Counted from the stretch's first letter, positions 42,108 to 55,040 are shown. The stretch is DNA of 64,000 bases from Azolla caroliniana (GCA_043228905.1 JBHGNT010000020.1:15314001-15378000), one strand, 5' to 3'. Notes: generated from the letters alone by a model not told the origin. A program made the numbers and translations.

Positions 42108-44033
42108 CTATCTTAGGATGTTCTTCTGAATGTTTGCCATACATAAATATGCTCCCAAATCATTTTCATTCAGTTGTTGTGCATGTTCAAATGCTAATTT
42201 CCCAAGCTCCATATTGTACCATTTTTGGCAAGCTCCTAAGATAGAATGCCACATTAAAGTTCCTGGTTGCACTGGCATCATGCTAGCAATCATTACGGCT
42301 TCTTTCACTTGACCTGCTCGCCCAAGGAGATCAACTATGCAAGTGTAATGCTCCAAAGATGGCAAGAAGGAATAGTTCTTCATAATAGTGTAAAGGAATA
42401 TCACTGCATCATTCTGTAGGCCAGCATGACTATATCCACTGAGGATAATACTGAATGTGACCACATCTGGTTCTAAGCCTTCCATCACGAGTTGATAGAA
42501 ACAATGAGAAACATTTATGATATCTCCCATCTGGGAAAATGCTGCCAGTAGTGCATTCCATGATACTAAATCGTGAACTTGAAGCTTGAAAAAAACTGTA
42601 CGTGCTGACATGGGCAACCCAGATTTGGAATACAAATCAATCAAGGCATTACCAACAATGTGCACTTCTTCTAGCCCCTTTTTAGCTATATCAGCATGCA
42701 TCTCCCTACCCTTGGTTAGAGATCCAACACTACCACAAGTTTTCAAGCTGCAAACTAATGTAACCTCATTGAATGGGATGCCACTTAGTTGCATTTTCTC
42801 CAAGCAATCAAGAGCCTTTCCACCATAACCATGTTCACTGTATCCTGCCATCAATGCTGTCCATGGGACTGCCTCACAGACTTGGAGTCTGCCAACCGCA
42901 TGTTGTGCTTCTTCAAGAAAGCCACATTTAGCATAAGCATCAACCAATGAGATGCCGATACGTAGATCTGCTTCAAATCCTTTTGTCACAGCATTGGCAT
43001 GTAATATTTTTAGAATTTCCACATTATCTTGTATATTTCCACAAGCCTTCAATCCAAAAACATATGTGATAAAATCTGGTGATATACCCTCACATTGCAT
43101 GCATTTCAGACAAAAGAATATTTTCTCACTTTGCCCATGCGCAGCATACCCTGCTATGAGTGCATTCCATGAAACCACATCTTGATCAACGAGTTTATGA
43201 CATACATCCTCTGCTTCATAAAATAGACCACATTTGGCATACATAGAAACCAAAGCACTCCCAATCATACAATCACTTTGGAGACCTTTCATAACAATTT
43301 GAGTATGTATGATTTGGCCCTTCCCAGAACCTCCTACACCGATAATGCCACAAGCTTTTAAAGTGCAAATGAAAGTGACAACATCTGGAAGGATGCCATC
43401 ATATTGCATCCGATCAAAACAGTCCAGGGCCTGCTGAGCCTGTCCGTGATCGATATAACCCATCATTAATGCAGTCCAAGCAACGTCTGATCGGACCGCA
43501 AGCGTATCAAACACTTCAGCTGCTGTTTTAATCATGCAACATTTAGCATATACATCAACCAAGGTGCTCCCAATGAGCATCTCATGTTCCAACCCTTTCT
43601 TCATAATCTCAGCATGAAGAGTCCGCAGCTTTTCAGCACATCTGACGCTACCACAAGCTTTCAAACCACATACAAAAGTAAAAGCATTCGGTGAGATGCC
43701 TTCCTGTTGCATTTTCTCCATGCAATCTATTGCTTCGTCATCCTGACCACATTCAACATGTCCTGACATGAGGGCAGTCCACAAGACGACATCACGGACG
43801 GCAATGGAGTCAAATATTTCCTGTGCTTTGGCAAAGATACCACATTTCCCATACATATTGACCAAGGCAGTAGCAATGAACACATCCGAGTTCTCAAGAA
43901 AGCCCTTTTCTGTAAGCTCAGCATGCAACCGAGAACCAGCCTCCACATCCCTGGATGCAGAGCAGGACTTGAAGAAGGCTATACAATCTGCCCTGCACAA
44001 CCGGACCTCATGCTGCAATACTTTGTTCTGCAT
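42108..44033 (-). CDS. PLS-class pentatricopeptide repeat protein with E-type tail and no DYW domain (641 aa)
   Basis: Intronless ORF with repeated P-L-S triplets (DVVLWTALMSG / PNAFTFVCGLKAC / IGSTLVDVYAKC). Terminal EHYTCIVDLLGRAG..MPVQP..WHSILGAC..AYLCMANI ends before any DYW domain. Confidence 0.92.
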   Translation of the reverse strand: MQNKVLQHEVRLCRADCIAFFKSCSASRDVEAGSRLHAELTEKGFLENSDVFIATALVNMYGKCGIFAKAQEIFDSIAVRDVVLWTALMSGHVECGQDDEAIDCMEKMQQEGISPNAFTFVCGLKACGSVRCAEKLRTLHAEIMKKGLEHEMLIGSTLVDVYAKCCMIKTAAEVFDTLAVRSDVAWTALMMGYIDHGQAQQALDCFDRMQYDGILPDVVTFICTLKACGIIGVGGSGKGQIIHTQIVMKGLQSDCMIGSALVSMYAKCGLFYEAEDVCHKLVDQDVVSWNALIAGYAAHGQSEKIFFCLKCMQCEGISPDFITYVFGLKACGNIQDNVEILKILHANAVTKGFEADLRIGISLVDAYAKCGFLEEAQHAVGRLQVCEAVPWTALMAGYSEHGYGGKALDCLEKMQLSGIPFNEVTLVCSLKTCGSVGSLTKGREMHADIAKKGLEEVHIVGNALIDLYSKSGLPMSARTVFFKLQVHDLVSWNALLAAFSQMGDIINVSHCFYQLVMEGLEPDVVTFSIILSGYSHAGLQNDAVIFLYTIMKNYSFLPSLEHYTCIVDLLGRAGQVKEAVMIASMMPVQPGTLMWHSILGACQKWYNMELGKLAFEHAQQLNENDLGAYLCMANIQKNILR

Positions 44034-44764
44034 CCCCTCATCATCATGCTTACGTCATGTATGTATGCGGGCAAGTACGTATGGGTCGCATTAGGCGTGT
44101 GAGTTGTACATATAAGTGAACCGACAAGAAGCACTCTGAATCTGTAAGCTTTATTTATGTATGTACACATCTCATGGCGTTCAAGAAGGTGTTTGCTTTA
44201 CAATGTCATAAAAGCACACATGATCTCTTCCTTCCCTTAGAGCATACTACATATAGCATAGCATAACATAGATCATCACACCCTCTCGATTGTTTTCTGG
44301 ATATTTGGGCTGCATACGACTCTTGAACACGTGGCACGGAATAAAATATTATCGCAATATAAAGAATGGTCTAAATTTTGTCAAAACTGGAATAAGTAGG
44401 TCGGATAAGAGGTATCAAGTGAAACTCAACCAAGAGGTAATTGACGAGACTGGTGGGTGTTCGGTCATATTATGGGCTACAAATTAACCCTCTCAACCAA
44501 ATTCTTACTTATAAGTTATAACCGTGCTGATTAAAAAGAAAGCAAGAGCAATTGTGTAATTTATTAAAACGCATGAGGAGGTCCGGAGAAGGTGTGTGTG
44601 TTTGTGGTCATTCATTAGGGAAGAAGCAGATAGTAGTTACTACTACTAGTCATAGAGAAAAGACGTTTTCGATAAAGGTATGTCTGTTGGAACATCTCAT
44701 TTCTCCCTTTCTTCTGAGACGATAGTGATGCCAACATTAATTCATTGCCACGGCCATTAGCCCA

Positions 44765-46975
44765 ATGACGACGTTGAGCTACCACGGTCCATCCCTTACC
44801 TTTCCAATTGATCCAATCCTTGAGCACTCTGCGGCCCTCAGCCACTACCATTGTGTCAGAGATAGGGTCTCATCTTAGCCCGGCAATCATATTATTTGTG
44901 GACCAGAAATTACCCTAAGACCAGTGGAGGATATCACATCTTGTTTAGAACAATCTGATGGCCCTCTTAACATTAAAGAGCTCATCTTCTTGTCTCAGAG
45001 GTGCAGCAGGGACAAGAGCCCTCATCTTGCTCACATGCTTTACATGCGAATGTGTGCTGATGGGCTCGAAGCCCATCCTGCTGTAGGGAATTATATTGTC
45101 CCTATGCTCGTAGAAACCCGGGATGTGTTTGAAGCTCAACAAGTCTTCAATCGTCTTGTCGAATTGAATGAACACTCATGGACTGCCCTTATTCATGGGT
45201 ACCTAGCATGTGGCGAGTTCCATCATGCATTTCAAATTTTCAAGCTAATGTATAGCTATCATGTCTACCCAAGTGTCTACACATTCACGGGCCTCGTAAA
45301 GCGTTGTGCTAACTTCCAATCTTTGGAGAAGGGTTGGGACATTGGGCGTGAGTAAATGAAAATGTTTATACCTGGCTCGTGTGATATCGGATTTTTCCGT
45401 TCAAACATGCGAATCGAAGCTAACAATGCTGAAATAGTGAAGGAAGGATTTGAAGAAGATCTTTACTTGGGCACCATTTTGCTTGATATGTATGTTAAAT
45501 GTGGTTGGGTTGTCGAAGCACATGATGTATTTGATGAGCTTCCTCTTTAGGATGTTGTGTCATGGAATGCACTCATTGCTGGGTACGTAGAGCATGGGCC
45601 TAGTATAGAAGCATTGCATCTTCTCGAGAAAATGCAGTGTGAAGGGATGGCCCCAAATACTGTAACTTACGTTTGCTGCTTGAAGGCATGTGGTAATGTA
45701 GGGTGCATTAACATGGGCCGAGATTTGCATTCGGAAATTGTAAGAAAGCAATTTGAGAGCAATTTATATGTGTGTACGATACTTGTAGATATGTATGCTG
45801 CATGTGGGTTCCTTATAGAAGCTCAGGAAGTTTTTGATAAGTTCCAAGGTAGAGGAGTTACTTCATGGAATGCACTCATTGTAGGTTACATTGAACATGG
45901 ATTTGCCCACAAAGCGTTGATGTGTTTGGATCAGATGGAGGTGGAAAATGTATCTCGTACTCAAATCACGTATGTTTCCTGTTTGAAAGCTTGTGGTGCC
46001 ATAGAAGCCTTGGACAGGGGACAGAGGCTGCATATTGATATTGTCAAAGAAGGTTTAGGAGAAGATGATCTAATCCCGAGTGCATTGGTTGACATGTATG
46101 CGAAATGTGGTGCATTTGCGGAAGCGCTATGTATATTCGATGGGCTTCCTGTTCAGGATGTAGTCTTATGGAGCTCACTTATTTCAGGGTATTCCGAGCA
46201 CGGGCATTCTGTGGAAGCACTAGAATGCTTGGATCAGATGCAAGGTGAAGGGATCTTGCTTGACACCGTTGTATTTATGTGTAGTTTGAATGCATGTGCT
46301 AACTTAGGATGCATCGACAATGTAGTTTGAATGCATGTGCTAACTTAGGATGCATCGACAAGGGTCAAGATATACACTTCAAGGTTACTGGCAATGGGCT
46401 TGAGCATTCTGATGTGAACCTTGCAAACACTCTCATTGACATGTATGCAAAATGTGGTAGTATGATGGATGCCCAACATATTTTTATTACGATGCCAACA
46501 AGAGACAGTGTAACGTGGACGACATTTATCAATGCCTATGCTCGGCATGGGGAAGTGAACCGTTGTTTTCATCTGTTTGAGAGGATGAAGAAGGAAGGTA
46601 TGAGACCAGATGATGTCACCTTTCTGAGCATACTGACTGTATGCAGTCATGCCGGGCTTTTGGATACAGCTCAAGAATACTTTGATGGTATGAGCACAAA
46701 GTATGGCATTGCTCCAAATCTTGAGCATCATAACTGTTTGATTGATCTTCTTGGACGTGCGGGGCAGCTATATGAAGCTCTTAATATGCTGGAGAAAATG
46801 CCTTTCCCTGCTGATCTGGTGGGATGGCGTACTGTTTTGGGTGCTTGCCAAAAATGGGGTGCTGTACACTTGGGTAGGCATGCCTTTGAGTATATGGTTA
46901 AACTTAAATGAGAGTAATGCTGCAGCATTCATCTTAATGTCCAATTTGTTCGTGGATGAACCTGATTGGGATTGA
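44765..46975 (+). pseudogene. PLS-E class PPR pseudogene, divergent from the intact PPR gene
   Basis: The PPR array runs across ORF pieces 44924-45355, 45356-45550, 45557-46330 and 46309-46911. In-frame stops at 44876, 45353 and 45548, a frameshifting perfect 41-bp duplication (46280-46320 = 46321-46361), and another frameshift near 46909 before AAAFILMSNLF. Confidence 0.85.
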
Positions 46976-48657
46976 GAAAATAAACAGCAAGTTTCCCAGG
47001 AAAATGAGTGTACCACTGAAGTGTGGTTGATGCTATGATGTGATGGATTCATAATACAGGTGTTTGTACAATAATGTCTTATTCTGGCATGGTAAGAGAA
47101 AGTAGAGGAAGATGAGAGTGGAGAAAATCAATATATAATTTTAATCAGACGAACTCAGGAGATTATATTGATAATATTTTAGCACAAGCGGTAAGAATGA
47201 AAATAAAGACGTCAGAGGGAAAACAGAATTACAAAGGAAAGAATTGTTCTTTTCTTTCTTCTGCTTATCTTCTCATACAGATTAAGCCTTTTCATAGCTA
47301 TAATAAGCAAATCAGGCTGTTTTAAAATAGAAGTAAAAACCAGGGAAATCTAAGAACCAAATTCCCACAAATTAAAGAGCTTATTCTCCTCCTAATTTAT
47401 TCAACATTATCAGATTTTACTCCTTTCTAGAACCAGAAGTAATTAATAACATTTTAAATTCCTTTCTCGAGAGAATAGAGAGAGTGCTTGGTGGCAAATG
47501 GAACCCCTCATTGTTGGGTTTTAGGAATGGAGTGAACCAAAATGAGATCCTCTGCATTTAAAGCTTGGTAGATCCATATTTCCATGCTAATCTTCATAGA
47601 GAATGTTAAGAAGATGTGAAAAGCCATGATATAATGTTTTTATTTTGCAATCGCAAGGTTTCGGTGCTTGCCTATTCAAAGATATTCCAACAATGACCAA
47701 CTGAGATTGGAAGGTTTGGCAACATTATCATGGCCTTAGAACATATTAAAACAGAGGAAATATCAAACTAACACGACATGTGTTTGGTTGAGGCTTCTCT
47801 AGGCCCTAAGGCTATCACCTTGAGACTTGTTGAAACTTCAAGGGAGTTTTATACGACATTGCCTATTGGTCTTGTAGATGAAGAAGTGAATCATTACATC
47901 TCAGTCTTGAACAAGGGAAATCCTTGTAGTGAGAGTATCTGAAATCCATCATGATGTTGGAATAATCATCATAATGTATGCCCTCTATGGAAACATGTAG
48001 TTTCTATGGAATCATCATGGTGTAATGTTATCATAATACTCTCGATGCAAGTCAAAGGGCACTTGGAATCCATGCACTTTGGTCACTGAAGACTACATTC
48101 TATCTTCAATAAAATTTGAGGGAACAATAATGGAAGATGTTTGGAAACCTAACTTAGTTGAATGCAGAGGCGTATTATAGGAACATTAGTTATATTGCAT
48201 TATCGTTAAAGATATTTAAGACTTCTAGGTTTTGAGGGTTTGCATGGGCATAATGAAACCTCCTTGTCTGATTGTATTGATTTGATTGATCAACTATTGG
48301 TCCCAAATGTCTCCAAGGTCTTCTGCATAGGTTTTGGAATGCATCACATATAAGTACATTGGGCATGATTTTTAGTAATTCAGAAGTTTTCAAATCCTTT
48401 AAAGAACTCCTTATTAGAATGTAGCCATTGCCAACCACGTTATGCATGCCTGTTGCTCATCCACATGTACACATAGCCAAATTAATGGAAGATCCAAAGA
48501 ATGAAATTTCAAAACAAGTGTAGTTTTTCATTTCAACCTTTTGTTTTACCATTTAAAAATTTGGAATATACATACATACATATATATGTATAATTAAAGT
48601 ATGTATGTATTAATGGTGCCGTGCAATCTACTTTGGACCCTGGTTGACACCACAGCT

Positions 48658-48757
48658 NNNNNNNNNNNNNNNNNNNNNNNNNNNNNNNNNNNNNNNNNNN
48701 NNNNNNNNNNNNNNNNNNNNNNNNNNNNNNNNNNNNNNNNNNNNNNNNNNNNNNNNN
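48658..48757. other. Assembly gap (100 N)
   Basis: Run of N. Confidence 1.
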
Positions 48758-48794
48758 AAGTGTGTGTAATAAAAAAGAACTGTCTCTTCCACAA

Positions 48795-50134
48795 AGAGAG
48801 AGATCATAATGCCAGTCGGAATTTGAATTACTTCGATGCCCGGGAAGTAATGGAGCTCCTTCATGTCCGTAATCTTGACTTTTCCATAGAGGAGGGACTT
48901 GACCTTGTTGATGTCGACTAGACATTCACCTCCAATGACCAGATCATCCACGTATAGGATGATACAATTAGGCTTCTAGAGTCGTGTCGTACGTAGAGGG
49001 AGTTGTCAGATTTCGACATTCGAAAGCCGATTTGATGAAGATATTGCGTAATCTTCGAATGCCAAGCACGCGGTGCTTGCTTGACGCCGTAGAGAGGCTT
49101 CTTGAGTTGGCATACAACTTTTGGTTGTACCATGTACACCTTGTCTTCTAATTCTCCTTGAAGAAAGGCGTTCTTGATGTCCATTTGGTGGAGGTGCCAA
49201 ACTTTTGCCGTTGCAAGTGTGATAACGGTCTGCACCGTCGTCATCTTTGCCACCGGGGCAAAGGTCTCTTCATTGTCAACCCCATGTGTTTGTGCATATC
49301 CTTTCGCTACGAGTCGAGCTTTATAGCGATTGACGGAGCCTTCGACATTATACTTCACCTGGTAGATCCATCTGCAACCAATTGCCTTCTTGTGTGGTGA
49401 GTGGGGAACGAGATCCCATGTCTCGTTCTTGCGTAGTGCACGCATCTCCTCGTTCATTGCTTCGATCCATCGCGGGTCCTTCGTGACTTCGGAAAAGGTT
49501 TCCGGCTCCCGTACAGTTGCCACCTTCATCATAAATGCGTAATGGTACACCATGTACTCATCGTAGCCGAATCGGCTTACGGGGTTCTTTTCACGGGTGG
49601 ATCTTCGAAGCTTCTCGTTTGCGGATTCTAAGGCTTTCTTCACTCCATTTGTCCGGATGTCAAGGCCTTCGAACTCACTATCAAGGGAGTGAGTCGATTC
49701 GATGCCGTCGAAATGATCGTCTTCATACTCCGGCATTTTAGCCATCCCTTTGTCTAGCTTCAGACTCGATCGAGATGTTCTTTGATCACTCGGAGGCTCT
49801 TGTGGTCCGCTCAGTCGGGTTGTGATCGGACTTTCTTCGAACATGCGCGTAAGGCGATCTTTATCCTCTATCTCTTGTTCGGCGGATTCTGGGTCGAGCG
49901 GATGAAGGTTGATATGGCCAATCCGCTTGTGCCATAACTCTATGTCGGACTCGGCTTTCGTGCCTTTTGCGAACATGGTCGATTTCATCTCGTGCGAGTC
50001 GAGAATGAACATTCGGCCCTCTCTCCGTTGGCGCGCGATGAGTAGGCCCTCTTTTTTGATGAAGCAACCGCCTTGATTAAATCGAACTTGCATTCCTTGC
50101 TCAACAATTTGGCTGATGGAGACCAAATTCTTCG
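48795..50134 (-). mobile_element. Ty1/Copia internal fragment A (integrase core deleted, RT partial)
   Basis: ORF 48918-50126: LWHKRIGHIN fuses directly to the linker, followed by WIEAMNEEM, YKARLVAKG, QMDIKNAFLQG, LYGVKQAPRAW. DDL..YFPGIEV follows after a frameshift. Confidence 0.9.
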
Positions 50135-50462
50135 ACGATGACCTCGATGTCGCATCGAACGACTCTGTCTATTTCACAGACAACAACTCCAAGTATCAGA
50201 GAAGGTTTAGAGCGGCTATCTATTAACTAAATCAATTAGCCTTGATTCTTTTGGGCTGGGCATATGCAATAAAATAATAAGTTCGGTGGTGCAGGAACTT
50301 CTTCCTGCTCGTACTATCTAGGGATGATTCAGGGAGGGTTATAAGATATGATCCCACGACAGGGAAGAGCAGTGTCATCTTGTCAGGGTTGTAGTTCCCC
50401 AATGGTCTCTCGCTTAGCAGAGATGAGTCCTTCCTCATCATTGCGGAAACTGTTCCCGGCAG
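50134..50462 (+). pseudogene. Strictosidine synthase-like (SSL) gene fragment, two exons and an intron
   Basis: 50134-50204 encodes DDDLDVASNDSVYFTDNNSKYQRR. GT..AG intron 50205-50294. 50295-50462 encodes NFFLLVLSRDDSGRVIRYDPTTGKSSVILSGL*FPNGLSLSRDESFLIIAETVPGR, with the YFTD, GR..YDP, FPNG and AET motifs of plant SSL beta-propellers. One in-frame TAG. Confidence 0.8.
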
Positions 50463-52949
50463 GTAATCCTTGCACTCCTCTTCTTGGTCTGTTGGTATGT
50501 ATGCTCTTCTTCTTCTTCATCTTCTTCTTCTTGTGCGTCCAAGGTGTTGTTGAGAAAATGCTTTCCTCTCTTCTCAGTACGGCATAGCTTGTAGTATGCA
50601 GAAGAATCAGAAGGATCTGGGACCGGGAAGACCGAAAGGGCCAACCTTCGTGGTACTATTTCCTTAGTACAAGCTCGCAAAGAGATGCGCAAGATGACAT
50701 GTCGTAAAAGACGAGCTTGGGAAGCATCTCAATATTGGGAACTCTACCATATGCTCATGAGTAGGGACTGCACCATTGCCTGGAAGAGACTACGGGAACC
50801 GAAACCACAAACACCCATGGAGGATCCCAATATTTTGCACACATATATCGAGAGACTCTACCATGTCCCTAACCAACCACCCATTCCAATGCCTTCCACA
50901 CCTCGACCTACCATGGGGACACTTCTCACGACCTCTAGGGTCACGAAGGTCATAAAAAACTTCCAACATAGGAAATCCATGGACCACATAGGATTGCGAG
51001 CCGAGCACATCATATTTGCTCGAGAGTGCCTAGCCTCGTTTCTCACTGTAATCTTGAACCGCGCCTTCGCCGAGGGTTTTCCACCAAAATGGGCCGTGAA
51101 CACAATGGCCCCTATACATAAAGCAAGGGACCCAATGGACCCAAATACATATAGGACCATTATGATAGGTCATACGCTCGCTAAACTATATGGTGCAATA
51201 ATGGAAGCGGAGCTCAACGATTATATGGAAACATTAAGTCTTCGAGCACCTGAGCAGGCTGGCTTTAGATGAGCATTCTTCACCATTGACCATATCTTCA
51301 CATTTAGGTGCTTAATTGACTAGACGAAGGCTCGTAAGAAGAAACTATATTGTTGCTTTGTGGACTTCCGCAAAGCCTTTGACACAGTTCCTAGGGAGAG
51401 GTTGTTTGATAGACTTAAGAGCTTGGAGATACCAAATGACATGATCTAGGCCATTTATGCCCTATACGAGCAAGTCTCTGGGTGCGTAAGATGCCTAGGT
51501 GGCCTATCTGATTGTTTCACTAGCACCATTGGTGTGAAACTGGGTTGCCCCCTATCACCGACTCTTTTCGGGATCTACATTAATGAGATCACGGAATTTA
51601 TTGCTCGTAAGGGAGGCAAAGGAGTAGCTATTGGGGATATGCAAGTTAGCCTCTTACTTTACACAGACGACATTTTCTTGCTCTCGGAGTCAGAACACGA
51701 CCTGCAAAAGCATCTTAATGCTCTAGATGACTTTTGTACACAACGAGGAATGGTAGTGAATCTAGCGAAAACTAAAGTCCTTATCTTTCATACATTGTCC
51801 CGAGTTAGGAGTAAATGTCACCTAACCCTCTCTCATAAAATAGTTGAGGTAGTTGGATCATATGTATACTTGGGAGTCACTTTTGGTGCTCGTTCAGGTA
51901 ATGTCTCGATGACCCAAGCAACTAAAGATAGGCTAACGAGAGGGTATGCATCCCTCTCACTTTTAGAGATACAATGCCACCAGGCATACTTTCAAGAGCC
52001 ACGGACGAAGGGATGGCTCTTCGACACATTAGTGACCCCTTCCCTCATGTATGCATCAATAGTATGGGTTCCGGGTCTACCATCTTTCATGTGGACGCAA
52101 TTAGAGAGACCTTTGGTGACGATGTTATCACGTAAACTCCGAAGCAAATCGACAATACCACATGACATTGAGCAGAGTTTAGTCTACCCCCGATGTTAGT
52201 ATAAGCACTTTTTCAAGTGGTAGTTTTTATTCATCGGATACATAGCCAACCACAAAATAGGATATCATGTCGAGCTTTTGAGGCATCCCGATCCTTACAT
52301 GCGTTTGGAGACACTAGCTCTTGGTATCGCACAATGGTGAGTTGGTTACTTGCAAACGGCATAGATATTAATAACCTACCCCCCCTTAAGTACAACCATG
52401 GGACTGATCAAACTCTCTCTCATGAAAATAGTAATAAAGTGATACGCCAAGAAATATGGCAAATTTACACTTGATATAAATGGATCACCCCACGAGACCC
52501 ACTCCCATCTAAAATGTTGCACTATAAGGAACACTTCTTGCACTTCTCTAAGTTAGATTTTATTACACGACCAAGATATCTAGATACATTCTTATCAAAT
52601 GCACTAAGAACACGTTTGCGTTCACAAGTGGAAGGATCGCACATAAATGGAAGGATAAGGAAAATTTTGGTTGATTTTAGGGCTTTTTCAATGATTTTAC
52701 AAAACACATTGATACCAGTATCATACATGTTCAAACATACTATGAAAAAGGTTAAAAATCCACTATTTTCGTGATTTAGAAGTAACTAAAATAAATGGAA
52801 TTTCTAAAAGTTACATTCTCAATTTATATGACAAACTTTACAACCAATGTTATTTTATAAGAAACGATTTTTTAGAAATCATAAGAATTCAAAACACATC
52901 CTTTTATATTACTTGATTTGTTACAAGCGGAATGCAGTTACACTTAATA

Positions 52950-55040
52950 GCCAAAAATACATTCATGATCACTCCTTTACGGAGAATGTCATCCTTGGTC
53001 CCACATAAATGTCTCTTTGTTGTGGATGGACCAAACTGTCATTAATCACATTTGCTAGTTGCTTCGGAGTTTTATTTACACGATCATGTTGTAGTGACCA
53101 TGTGGATGGTGTTTCCAAATTCCAATTATCACCAAATACACAATTGTCTATAATTCCTTTCTGATGACTATAAAATACATCCCATCATGACGTGTCTTGT
53201 TGTGCGGCATATTTCTTGGCGGCCTCAATATGCTTTCTTTTTTCTTCTAAGGCTTGGAGCCATAGCCGCTTTTATTCCGATACCAAGTCACTTTTCAACT
53301 GTCCTTTCTTCTCAATTGGCATTTGCTTAGTTCCATGGACAATTGTACTCGCCATACAATGTAATAATTAGCAACCACCTTTATATTCCCATGTTGTAGA
53401 AGATGAATATTGTTTAGCATACAAAAGCGTAGAACCACTTATTTCATTTTTCTTTATCATAAAAATGTGATTGAAGCTTATATTGTTTACCTTGGCAAGC
53501 ACTTTAACATTCCCAACACCCCCATTTGATATATATCTCTTAAAGTTATATCCCTACTTCAAGTGTAACACTTTTGGGCGTGGTGTATGTGCATCACAAA
53601 TGACATCAAATAGTATAGGTAACGTGAAAGCATCATGCCGAGACAACTGTCTCGAGAATGTGCTAAACATCTGATCTATATGATCATGTGTGTGGTCATT
53701 GTGAACATTGGGGTATGTAATGAAGACGTGAGGTCTAACAGGCCTACTATAAGCCAAGTATCCCACCAAGTGCATTTGAACAAGGCACTCATCATTGACG
53801 TCTTTGGGGAGCCTCCGCATATGCAGCAAGCACGTCTTCTTTTGGTCCATGCCATCTATCATCAAGCACATGTATTGTTCGGGCCTCTTCAAACACTTCT
53901 CTCTATGATGCATCGCCTTCTTTCGTTGTAACGATTGTGCCTCACGATGCTCTTGTAATAACTTCTTACTCATATCCTTTTCCACGGATGTCTTTGCACC
54001 TTTAGCAAAACTTTTAAGATTTGCACAAATGGAGCAATACCCCATGCGTACTTTACGTGGAATGATAACATTTGAAAAATGAGCTCTCCCTAATCTTGTG
54101 AATTGGCTATATGTGACAGACTTATTACGTGAACCCACCATATCAGATCGATAGACATCATAAACTTCCCGACATGTGTAATTATCAGAGAGGTGCATCC
54201 TACATGTAGTGGGCATTACTTCACAATTTAACTGAAAGTAACTTTTCATCCAACCAATAGCATGTCTTCCAATTGCACCTTTCATACTTGGAACCTCTTT
54301 ACAATTGTGCATCTTATCCCCGCTAAGTAGATGTTGTTGTACTCTATGTAGCCGCATGTTACAAACACATAACACAATTTTGAATGTAACTCTACATATC
54401 TGTTGCACATGGAAGATATAATACTCGAATGATACTTTGATCCCCGTACATTTGTCAGACACTAGTTGCATATGTGACCCGAGGTAAGTGTTTTGCTCAT
54501 CACCAGTCATCGAAAAATAGTATCGCCATAATTCTCGCAACTTTGATTTTCCAATCATAAACATACAACCACGAGCACAACATATTTTTTTGACATCAAA
54601 TCCAATTTGTTTATCTGATGTGACCAAGTTAAATCTAGCCAGACGAATTCTTCGTGGGATTCTTCGAATATGCATAGGGCTTCCAGATTTCTCTTCCTGC
54701 ATAGAAGTTGGTGTAACCTTGTTACTATCCAATTCTTTGTTGTGACCATCGCCCATGATATTCGATGTTTCATTGGCACTACCTTCATTCTCCGTATCTT
54801 TATTAATATCGTATACTTCAATAGAGAACTCTTCACACGTGTCAATATTCACATTCGTTGTAGGTGAAGATGAGCTTAGACAATACTCTTCAATAGAATA
54901 TGGTGAGTCTGTCGACAGACAATATTCTTCAATAGAAAATGGTGAGTATGTCGACAAACAATACTCTTCGGTAGAAAATGAAGAGTCTGATGACAAACAA
55001 TATTCTTCAATCGAGAACGGTGAGTCTTCACTCTTGGTTT
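52950..55040 (-). pseudogene. Sola-like DDD transposase (IDGMDQ / HTHDxIDQxFS type), decayed and internally deleted
   Basis: ORF 53554-54996 has CC..C, C..CSIC..H zinc motifs, MIDGMDQKKT and HTHDHIDQMFS, and the frame continues past the stop (..LLYAKQYSSS..W). The segment expected between these motifs, carrying the second catalytic Asp, is absent. Family assignment is from motif memory only. Confidence 0.72.

Noticed and set aside
44876-45550. PPR stop codons being repaired by U-to-C editing
   Set aside because: Such editing is established for organellar transcripts, not nuclear genes, and frameshifts are also present.
52605-52612. PIF/Harbinger or CACTA classification (TAA-like target, two genes, CACTA string at 52602)
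   Set aside because: The TIRs are symmetric only with a 4-bp TAAG TSD, the CACTA string belongs to the host LINE, and the transposase motifs are not Harbinger or CACTA type.
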